Below are positions 31,728-39,499 of a DNA stretch of 64,000 nucleotides, piece by piece. Both the position numbers and the translations under genes were made by a program. The DNA is from Nitrosopumilus sp. GTDB lineage: Archaea > Thermoproteota > Nitrososphaeria > Nitrososphaerales > Nitrosopumilaceae. Within the stretch, counting starts at the first letter, position 1. Each line of letters opens with the position of its first letter. The notes beneath the pieces were generated by a model. It worked only from the letters and a program-made list of their open reading frames with translations, was not told the DNA's origin and did not search any database. The DNA lies in contig OY763927.2 in the NCBI GenBank assembly GCA_963667665.2, positions 1,410,303-1,474,302 on the forward strand. The letters run 5' to 3'.

Positions 31728-32543
31728 TTGGGAGTTTTAGAAGAAATGTCTACTGAAATTCAAGAGATGCCTGAACAAGGTGAAATTGTTCTTGCTTCTG
31801 TTACCAAAGTAATGGATCATGGGGCTTATGTGACATTAGATGAATATGATGATATTCAAGGATTTTTACACATTTCAGAGATTGCTCCAGGTTGGATTAG
31901 ATCAATAAGTAGATTTGTCAGAGATGGTGAGAAAAAAGTTCTACTCGTAAAGAAAGTAAATGTAAAACGAGGAGATATTGATTTATCATTAAAACAAATA
32001 TCAAAAGATCAGAAAAAACAAAAACTAAAGGAAGTTAAAAAATTCGAAAAAGGTAAAACACTTTTACAAAATGTACAAGATAAAGGAAAATTATCAGATG
32101 AAGAAATTGAAAAATTAGAAGATAGTATTTTTTCAAAATTTGATTCAGTTTATGATGCATTTATAGAGATTGGACGAAATGGAATTGAGTCTGTAAAGGA
32201 ACTCAAACTTGCAAAAAAAACAGCAACCATAATTGAAGAAATTTGCTCAAAAATAAAACTCCCATCAGTTGAAATTAGAGGAATTATGGAAATTACAAAT
32301 GAAAAAACAGATGGAGTAGAAATTATTAAAAAAATATTATTAGATGAACAAAAAAAAGATTCTACTATAGATATTACATATTTAGGAGCACCAAAATATA
32401 GACTATCAATAACTTCTGATAATTTTAAATCTGCTGAGAAATCACTAAAACCAATCATTGCTGAAATTCAATCTAACATAGAAAAGAAAAAAGGCTCATT
32501 CAAATTTACTAGGGAAGAATCAAAGAAAACAAGAGAAAACTAA
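31728..32543 (+). CDS. eif2a: translation initiation factor 2 alpha subunit
   Basis: S1 domain (GAYVTLDEY, LHISEIAPGW, GDIDLSLK), YLGAPKYR; followed by nop10. Confidence 0.95.
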   Translation: MGVLEEMSTEIQEMPEQGEIVLASVTKVMDHGAYVTLDEYDDIQGFLHISEIAPGWIRSISRFVRDGEKKVLLVKKVNVKRGDIDLSLKQISKDQKKQKLKEVKKFEKGKTLLQNVQDKGKLSDEEIEKLEDSIFSKFDSVYDAFIEIGRNGIESVKELKLAKKTATIIEEICSKIKLPSVEIRGIMEITNEKTDGVEIIKKILLDEQKKDSTIDITYLGAPKYRLSITSDNFKSAEKSLKPIIAEIQSNIEKKKGSFKFTREESKKTREN

Positions 32544-32544
32544 G

Positions 32545-32700
32545 ATGAAATTCCAATTAAGAAAATGTTCAAAGTGTAATCATTATACATTAAAAGAAAA
32601 ATGTCCAAAATGTAATGAGGAAACAATTTCAGTTCATCCAGCAAAATTTTCGCCTGATGACAAATATATGAGATATAGATTAGCTGAAAGATATTCTTAG
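32545..32700 (+). CDS. nop10: H/ACA RNP protein Nop10 (51 aa, not in ORF track)
   Basis: Own translation MKFQLRKCSKCNHYTLKEKCPKCNEETISVHPAKFSPDDKYMRYRLAERYS; YTLK..CP.C and HPAKFSPDDKY signature; usual position after eIF2 alpha. Confidence 0.96.
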   Translation: MKFQLRKCSKCNHYTLKEKCPKCNEETISVHPAKFSPDDKYMRYRLAERYS

Positions 32701-32704
32701 AAGA

Positions 32705-34843
32705 TTAAGACACAGGTTCATACTCTTTATTTATTTCATAAATAAAAACTCCAAGCATTGGTCCATTTTTTTCTTCAATAAAACTTTGAGATGCATATAC
32801 TAATCTTAATGGTCCATCACTATCAGAAGGATATTTGATATCTTTACCATAGATTCCTATTGTTCCAGGCACATAAGTTGGATATTGTTCTGAAAAATTA
32901 TTAGGATTAACATACCCTAATGGAGAAAAAGGAAACATTTTACCAAGTAAAGTTTCATTAGTAAAATAATCAGTACCATCTGAACCATTTGAATGTAAGA
33001 ATTTTGATTCATCGTATCCTGCTATTCTTATAAACCATTGTTTCTTAGATTCATCACCACCTCCACGTAACACATAGAAAGAATCAGGTGAATCAATATT
33101 CAATTTTTCACCGGCAACAAAAACAAGAATATAATCTGCCTGCATTTCTTGCAATAAATGCCATGCCTCATCAGGATTACTGAGTAACATTCTTGCAATA
33201 TTTTCAATTATAATAGTACTAACAGTTGAATTATCAGCTAATGTAGCTCTTTCTCCCATGGTTTGAATCCAATAACCATAATCCCACCAAGCTGCAACTA
33301 CAGCATCTTTTGGAGTGTTATTTTTTATCCACTCCATTGAATCAAGCCAGTCAGTAGTACTAATTGTAAATGCACTTCCACCATTTAGAATAGTAGGTGG
33401 AGCCTTTGATACAGTAAATAGATCTGCACCAACAGGATAAATCATAGGGATTATCAAAAGAATAATTATTCCTGCAACAAATGGTAGTTTGATCAATTTT
33501 CCAATTGGTTTCTTATTGTTAGGTTTATTTTTGAAAAATTCTTTAATTAAGGCAGTTAAACCCAATGATGCTAAAATAATTACTGCAATGGATGCAAACA
33601 CTTCTAATCTAACAAAAGTTGAACTTACATATACGCCAACAAGTCCCAAAATTAATGAAAAAGATAACATATCATTTTTAATAAAACTAGAATTTTTATT
33701 TTGAAGATTTTTAATAATTAACCATATTCCTATACCTGAAAAAATCATCAAAACTGAATGGAACATAAACGATTGTGGAAGTGTTGTTGTTGCATGTTCT
33801 GCTACAGAATCTACTAATGGATCAGTTGTAGTCAAAAAAGGATTCAATGCATTAAGATATCTATGGCTAGGTAATGGTAAAAATTGAGAATCAGAATTAA
33901 TTATCATTATACTTGAAGCAATAATTAAAAGTGCAACCAAAAATAATAAACTATTTCTTGTTTTATTTTTTGAACTTTTATTTTGAATAAAAATACATGA
34001 TACTAAAAATAGAGTAGAAACTATTAATGAAATTCCCCCTATCCCAAAAATAAAATTAGAACTTACTCGTTCAAATCCTAAAGAAACCAAAACAGTAAAA
34101 ATTGTATAAAGAGGAATAGCCCATATAATGAATTTATGATCAGTTCTCAAAAATGGTAATGTAAGAAAGAAAAGTCCTATTGGAATAATAAAGAATTGAT
34201 TACCTCCCCAAGCTGAGATGGAAAATGCAGTAAAAATTCCAGCTCCTATTAGTTTTGCAAATGCTACTTTTTTATTTTGAGAATTTATCCCACTTAATAG
34301 TAAATATGTTGTCAAAAGGCCGAAAAATAATCCTAAAGGTTCTGATTTGAACCACCCAATTGGACCTCGAATTAATATCGGTAATGAAACAGAAAACAAC
34401 ATAGCAGAAAACAAGCCGGCAGTGGTACCACCTATGACTCTAACTAAGGCAAAAATAACAATTGCAGATAAAGAACCAAAGACCACGGGAAAGAGTATAG
34501 TAAAATCATAAAGATCTGATCCTCCGCCGAAAATCCAATAAGTCGTAGCAGCCGTTAGATGAAGCATTACTTGAGAGTTTGAAGATACATCTCTACCATT
34601 TGGATACCAACTTAAAGCATCATTCCACTCAAAATATGCACCAATTCCATTATCTACAATATATTGAGTAGCTCTATAATTAAAAAATGGATCAAACTCG
34701 TTTAATTCAAAACCAAAATCAGCGGGTTGTGAACGAAGTAAAAAAGAAACAGCAAATGATAAAGCAAGAATACCAATTATTAGAAGATGATTTAATTTTA
34801 AATCAAAATTACCTATAGAAACAAGTTTTGTATTTGTTAACAA
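32705..34843 (-). CDS. aglB: STT3/AglB oligosaccharyltransferase
   Basis: EFDPFFNYR, many TM helices, WWDYG motif. Confidence 0.92.
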   Translation of the reverse strand: MLTNTKLVSIGNFDLKLNHLLIIGILALSFAVSFLLRSQPADFGFELNEFDPFFNYRATQYIVDNGIGAYFEWNDALSWYPNGRDVSSNSQVMLHLTAATTYWIFGGGSDLYDFTILFPVVFGSLSAIVIFALVRVIGGTTAGLFSAMLFSVSLPILIRGPIGWFKSEPLGLFFGLLTTYLLLSGINSQNKKVAFAKLIGAGIFTAFSISAWGGNQFFIIPIGLFFLTLPFLRTDHKFIIWAIPLYTIFTVLVSLGFERVSSNFIFGIGGISLIVSTLFLVSCIFIQNKSSKNKTRNSLLFLVALLIIASSIMIINSDSQFLPLPSHRYLNALNPFLTTTDPLVDSVAEHATTTLPQSFMFHSVLMIFSGIGIWLIIKNLQNKNSSFIKNDMLSFSLILGLVGVYVSSTFVRLEVFASIAVIILASLGLTALIKEFFKNKPNNKKPIGKLIKLPFVAGIIILLIIPMIYPVGADLFTVSKAPPTILNGGSAFTISTTDWLDSMEWIKNNTPKDAVVAAWWDYGYWIQTMGERATLADNSTVSTIIIENIARMLLSNPDEAWHLLQEMQADYILVFVAGEKLNIDSPDSFYVLRGGGDESKKQWFIRIAGYDESKFLHSNGSDGTDYFTNETLLGKMFPFSPLGYVNPNNFSEQYPTYVPGTIGIYGKDIKYPSDSDGPLRLVYASQSFIEEKNGPMLGVFIYEINKEYEPVS

Positions 34844-34906
34844 TTGTTTTTTCTCGAAAAACTTTACTTATTACTCTTTATATAAAAAATCAAAAATAGT
34901 TAGAAT

Positions 34907-35362
34907 TTACGGAGAATATCTTCCTTCAAGTCTAGTTTCTGCAATAATATGATTATTCATAGCTTCTTCTATTTGTTTTTTAGTTGAGTCTTTGTCAGCA
35001 TTAAATTTTTGATCTAATGCATATAGTTTGAAGATGTATGTATGCTCTTGATCAGGAGGGGCTGGTCCACCATAACCAATTTCTCCAAAATCAGTTTTAC
35101 CTTCAAAACAATCTGATGGAATAGAATTTTCTTTGAATTCCATAGTACTTGGATCAATATTCCATAAAACCCAGTGGACCCAAACTTTTCCAACAGCAGC
35201 CATAGCATCAGGATCATCCATTATAAGAGCTAAAGACAATGTATTGTCAGGAATTCCACTAATCTTTAGAGGAGGACTTTGGTTTCCATTTTTATAACCA
35301 TATTTTCTAGGAATCACTCCTCCATTGTCAAATGCTTCACTTTCTAAAGAAAAATTTTCCAT
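34907..35362 (-). CDS. YbhB/YbcL (PEBP/RKIP-like) protein; start placed at ATG 35362
   Basis: ALIMDDPDA, WVHWVLWNI, GYGGPAPP..EHTYIFKLYALD. Confidence 0.92.
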   Translation of the reverse strand: MENFSLESEAFDNGGVIPRKYGYKNGNQSPPLKISGIPDNTLSLALIMDDPDAMAAVGKVWVHWVLWNIDPSTMEFKENSIPSDCFEGKTDFGEIGYGGPAPPDQEHTYIFKLYALDQKFNADKDSTKKQIEEAMNNHIIAETRLEGRYSP

Positions 35363-35363
35363 A

Positions 35364-35765
35364 TCAGAATTTAGTACTATCAAAGTTAAATTTTGTGCTA
35401 GATTCTAAAACTATTCTATCATTTGAAAGAGACATTATAGAGCTTCCAAGATTCTTTATCTGTCTTTTTAATTCTTTATCCATTGTAGCAACAATAGCTT
35501 TATTTTTTGAAACATAATCAAGTAACTCTTTATCAGCAAATGTGCCAAGAATGGGAATTATTTTGAAATTTTTTATGTAATTAAGAGTTGATTGAATATT
35601 TTGAGTTTTTCTTGGGATTTTTAATAATTCAGATAACTCATTTTTTACAACTTGAGGAACAACAAAAGTGATTTGACCAATTTCTACATCCAGATTATCA
35701 ATATTTTTGATTCTTCTAGTTGCTAGATGAATTAGAAAATTTGTGTCACAGATTACTTCAACCAA
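35364..35765 (-). CDS. PIN-domain (Fcf1/Utp24-like) protein, probably with a 3' extension from a lost stop
   Basis: VICDTNFL, VATMDKELK; in the conserved rpS6e-eIF2 gamma-PIN gene order. Confidence 0.85.
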   Translation of the reverse strand: MVEVICDTNFLIHLATRRIKNIDNLDVEIGQITFVVPQVVKNELSELLKIPRKTQNIQSTLNYIKNFKIIPILGTFADKELLDYVSKNKAIVATMDKELKRQIKNLGSSIMSLSNDRIVLESSTKFNFDSTKF

Positions 35766-37020
35766 CTATTCCTGCACCAATTAGTCTCCATCTTTCAGCA
35801 ATTCTTCTACTAATTGCTACATTTCCACCTTCAAAGATACATGCAGGTCTTCTAAGTTCAATCTCAATGGTTTTTGATTTTATTTTGTTAACTTTACCTA
35901 ATACAGGAGCAGTTCCAATGTTTAGTCGAAGTAGTTCACCTGATTGAATTGGTTGGACTTTAACATCTTCTGTGATCCCCACTGCAGAATCAAACAGATT
36001 CACTTCTAGTTTTAACTGAGCAGAATTTTCAGGAAGAGTATCAGGTTTTCCAATTACTGAACCAATAAATGAATCACTTCTAGTCATAGAAGGATCTAAT
36101 TTTGTTCCAATAGCAACCAAGCCACCTGGCTTTACTGATTCAACAATTCCTGCAGCAGTTCCTAAAGAAGTAATTTCTGTCACTAAAGGTTCATAGGATT
36201 TTTTTTTCTCATTCATAATACCAGGTTTAATTTCAATTTCATCACCAACATTGAAAACTCCTTGAGTTAGACTTCCTCCAATGACACCTCCTTTGATATT
36301 TTTTATTTTTGTACCAGGTTTGTTTACATCAAAAGAACGCAAAACATGCATTACTGTATCTTTTTTTTCATTTCTTTCTGGAGTTTTGATTGTTGATTCT
36401 ATAGAGCCAATTAATGCATCAATGTTTAATCCAGATTGTGCAGAAATAGGAATTATAGGTGATTTTGCAGCATGAGTTCCTTTGACAAATTTTGTAATTT
36501 CTTGATAGTTTGCTAAGACTTCTTTGTAAGAAAGTAAATCAACTTTGTTTTGGACTACAACTATCTGTTGAATTCCAAGAGTTTGAAGGGCTAAAAGATG
36601 TTCTTTTGTTTGTGGTTTAGGGACTTTCTCATTTGCAGCAACTAGTAATAATGCACCATCCATCAATGCAGAGCCTGAAAGCATGTTTGCCATCAAACTT
36701 TCGTGTCCAGGACTATCTACAAAACTAACAACTCGAGATAATTCACTTTCCTTTCCACAATTGTCACATTTTGGAGTTGTGGAATATCCTAAAGGATCCT
36801 CACAACTTTTGCATTTGTAGAATGCAGCATCTGAATATCCCACACGAATAGTAATTCCACGTTTTAGTTCCTGACTGTGTACACTAGTCCATGAACCAGT
36901 TAATGCTTGAATTAGAGTAGTTTTTCCATGATCTACATGACCAGCAGTTCCAATGTTAACACATGGTTGATATCCATATTTTTTGATATACCAATCAGGA
37001 AGTGTCTCTCTCCAATGCAT
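35758..37020 (-). CDS. eif2g: translation initiation factor 2 gamma subunit
   Basis: GHVDHGKTT, RGITIRVGY, DSPGHE, NKVD, WRLIGAG. Confidence 0.97.
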   Translation of the reverse strand: MHWRETLPDWYIKKYGYQPCVNIGTAGHVDHGKTTLIQALTGSWTSVHSQELKRGITIRVGYSDAAFYKCKSCEDPLGYSTTPKCDNCGKESELSRVVSFVDSPGHESLMANMLSGSALMDGALLLVAANEKVPKPQTKEHLLALQTLGIQQIVVVQNKVDLLSYKEVLANYQEITKFVKGTHAAKSPIIPISAQSGLNIDALIGSIESTIKTPERNEKKDTVMHVLRSFDVNKPGTKIKNIKGGVIGGSLTQGVFNVGDEIEIKPGIMNEKKKSYEPLVTEITSLGTAAGIVESVKPGGLVAIGTKLDPSMTRSDSFIGSVIGKPDTLPENSAQLKLEVNLFDSAVGITEDVKVQPIQSGELLRLNIGTAPVLGKVNKIKSKTIEIELRRPACIFEGGNVAISRRIAERWRLIGAGIVG

Positions 37021-37051
37021 GAGTCAAAATGTAGAATCGGTATATGTTAAG

Positions 37052-37462
37052 TTATTCTTTTTTATCTTCAGTTTTTTCTTCTGTAGACTCTGCTGCATCT
37101 TCAGCAGGTGCTTCAACTGGTAATTCTCCATCATATTTACAATTTATTTGATAGATTTCTTCTGATACTGTATTTCCACGCATTAATTTTCTTACTCTTT
37201 GCCCAATCTCTGCAGCTTGCAAACCAACTCCTTTAGAAAGCAAAATATATTTTCTTGCTGCACCGTGAATATCATTTCTCATAGGAACACCAGATTTGTC
37301 ACTTCCTCCAGTGAGTTTCAATTTTCCATTTAATCCTACAATTGCAGCATCAGTTTCATTTCCTAGTTGCAAACCTAGTAAAGGATTTGCATCACTGTCT
37401 TTGAGTTCCTTTGATACAGACTTTCCCTTGATATCTGAAATTGTTAGTTTGAAGTTTGCCAA
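37052..37462 (-). CDS. rps6e: 30S ribosomal protein eS6
   Basis: LTGGSDKSGVPMR, RKLMRGNTVS..IYQIN. Confidence 0.95.
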   Translation of the reverse strand: MANFKLTISDIKGKSVSKELKDSDANPLLGLQLGNETDAAIVGLNGKLKLTGGSDKSGVPMRNDIHGAARKYILLSKGVGLQAAEIGQRVRKLMRGNTVSEEIYQINCKYDGELPVEAPAEDAAESTEEKTEDKKE

Positions 37463-37536
37463 GTATTCCGAAAAAAAGTTGAACGACTAATTAACCTTTG
37501 GACATTATTTTTAAATCAAGACTCGCAAAGATAGGC

Positions 37537-37659
37537 ATGGGAGAAGACATTAGATGTCCAAAGTGTGATAACAAGATGGTAAATATGCAAGCATGTCATT
37601 TGTTTTGTCCCAACTGTGGGGCCCATTTAGATTGCTCAGATAAAGGAAATTATTGGTAA
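37537..37659 (+). CDS. 40-aa Cys-rich zinc-finger microprotein (not in ORF track)
   Basis: Own translation MGEDIRCPKCDNKMVNMQACHLFCPNCGAHLDCSDKGNYW. Confidence 0.75.
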   Translation: MGEDIRCPKCDNKMVNMQACHLFCPNCGAHLDCSDKGNYW

Positions 37660-37833
37660 CTACAATCCAGATCTATCTGGAATATAGTCAGATGCCATAT
37701 TGATTGCATTATCTTTCATAATTTCAAGATAGGTATCATAGTCTGCTTCAAAGTTACAGTGAGGACATTTAACTTTCGTAATTTCATCATCTAGAATTGC
37801 AACTTTTTCACATTCTGGGCATCTTGCATCCAT
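37660..37833 (-). CDS. 57-aa zinc-ribbon microprotein (not in ORF track)
   Basis: Own translation MDARCPECEKVAILDDEITKVKCPHCNFEADYDTYLEIMKDNAINMASDYIPDRSGL; two CPxC motifs. Confidence 0.78.
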   Translation of the reverse strand: MDARCPECEKVAILDDEITKVKCPHCNFEADYDTYLEIMKDNAINMASDYIPDRSGL

Positions 37834-37885
37834 GTCATAGTTGCTTAATCAAGATATTTAATCATAATTATCATAAATGTCCTGA

Positions 37886-37959
37886 GCGGAGTTAGTTTAG
37901 TCTGGTATGACGTCAGCTTCCCAAGCTGAAGGCCGCGGGTTCAAATCCCGCACTCCGCA
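37886..37959 (+). tRNA. tRNA-Gly (anticodon CCC), 74 nt
   Basis: GCGGAGT...ACTCCGCA; anticodon arm TCAGC-TTCCCAA-GCTGA; T-arm GCGGG-TTCAAAT-CCCGC. Confidence 0.96.
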
Positions 37960-38922
37960 TTATAGTTCTCTAATTGCTTGTTCAATTATTCCTCTATCAG
38001 AAGCTTGTGGAAAATATTTCAAATAACTTTTGAGATCCTCTTTTGCATCAGAATTTTTGTTTTGTTTTTCTCTGAGATATGCACGGTTTTTGTAAATTTT
38101 GGCAGATCTTTTTGGATTGATTTCAATAGCTTTAGTATAATAATTCTCTGCCTTTTCAAATTGATTTGTTTTTAGATAAAAATTTCCCAAACCATTGTAA
38201 GCCAGATATGATCTACTATTGATTTCTAAGCATTTTTCATAAAACTTTACACATTCAGGAGATTTTTGTTCATTCATCATTGCACCCAATTGATGTAAAA
38301 CTGTTGAGTTATTTGGATCAAGTTCTATGGCTTGCTTTAATGATTCAAGTGCTTCAGGATAATTCTTTAAAATATTTAATTTTTCAGAGGTAAAACACAA
38401 TCGATTTGGTTTGTTAGTAGAATCATTTTCAAGTTTTACAGAAGACAAGATTTCTGAGGGAGCCAATATTATCAACAACCTTCCTTCTTCTGACCATTCC
38501 TTCTCAAAGATATCTTGTGGTATGGCTCCTTCTTGTTGTTCTCCTTCTTGATTACCTTTCTGAATATAATGAAGTATTGTTTTTTCATCATCATTATAAC
38601 CAGTAATAACAGATGCATGTTGTGTAATTTCTGGAATTCCTGGAAGAATGACAATGGGTGGTATTCCAGAATCAATAATTTTTTTTAGCTCAGATAAAGA
38701 TGAATGAACCATTTTACATGTTAGACCATGTCTTTCGGCAGACTCTATTCCTTCAATTAGAATACTGCCATTAAATCCTGAGTATTTTTTTGCAGTTTCT
38801 ATGGCTTCAGCCATAGGTAATTCAATATTCCAATATTTTGATACCACGTTAATGGGCAATGGAAGACAAATATTTTCTTCATCAACAAGAGGCAATAATA
38901 ATTCATGACTTTCTTGTTCCAT
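37960..38922 (-). CDS. peptidase C39-like domain fused to C-terminal TPR repeats
   Basis: ICLPLPINVVSKYW (Cys) and HASVITGY (His); TPR-like units (AIELDP, YNGLGNFY, AIEINP..AKIYKNRA). Confidence 0.7.
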   Translation of the reverse strand: MEQESHELLLPLVDEENICLPLPINVVSKYWNIELPMAEAIETAKKYSGFNGSILIEGIESAERHGLTCKMVHSSLSELKKIIDSGIPPIVILPGIPEITQHASVITGYNDDEKTILHYIQKGNQEGEQQEGAIPQDIFEKEWSEEGRLLIILAPSEILSSVKLENDSTNKPNRLCFTSEKLNILKNYPEALESLKQAIELDPNNSTVLHQLGAMMNEQKSPECVKFYEKCLEINSRSYLAYNGLGNFYLKTNQFEKAENYYTKAIEINPKRSAKIYKNRAYLREKQNKNSDAKEDLKSYLKYFPQASDRGIIEQAIREL

Positions 38923-38956
38923 GAACTGAGGAAATTTTGAGAGTTATTAAAATCAA

Positions 38957-39499
38957 TCAGAGAGAACAGAATTTTTCAATCAAATCATGACCATCCTGAG
39001 TCATTTCTGGATGAAATTGAGTTCCAAAAATTTGCTTTTTTTCATATTGGATTATTTCATATTTACAATTCTTTGAGTCTGCAAGTGGAACTAACACATT
39101 AGGTAATTTAGATATCTCAAATCTATGACTCTCAAAGACATCTAAAGAGTCATTTGAGATTGAATTTTTTTTGGAAATTTTGATTATTTCATTTCCTTTT
39201 TGAAGAGATGAAATCTTTCTGATTGTTCCTCCCAAAGTAAGAGCTAGAATTTCTGCCCCATAACAAATTCCAAGTAGTTTAATGTTGTTTTTAATTGAAA
39301 AAGTAATAATTTTAGAATTGATTTCATTAGTTTTTTTTTCATTTTTCCTTCTTCCAGATAGAATTACTGAATCATAATTTCCAAGTGAGTTTAGATCTAA
39401 AAATTGAGGAGTTTGTTTTTCAAAAAAAATATTTTTTTCATTTAGAAAATCAGTTAAATTTTTTGTATAGATAGAACCATTATCCACAACTAGGAGCAA
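38957..39499 (-). CDS. stand-alone class I glutamine amidotransferase (GMP synthase GATase-like)
   Basis: LVVDNGS, LGICYGAE (Cys), GTQFHPE (His-Glu). Confidence 0.88.
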   Translation of the reverse strand: MLLVVDNGSIYTKNLTDFLNEKNIFFEKQTPQFLDLNSLGNYDSVILSGRRKNEKKTNEINSKIITFSIKNNIKLLGICYGAEILALTLGGTIRKISSLQKGNEIIKISKKNSISNDSLDVFESHRFEISKLPNVLVPLADSKNCKYEIIQYEKKQIFGTQFHPEMTQDGHDLIEKFCSL

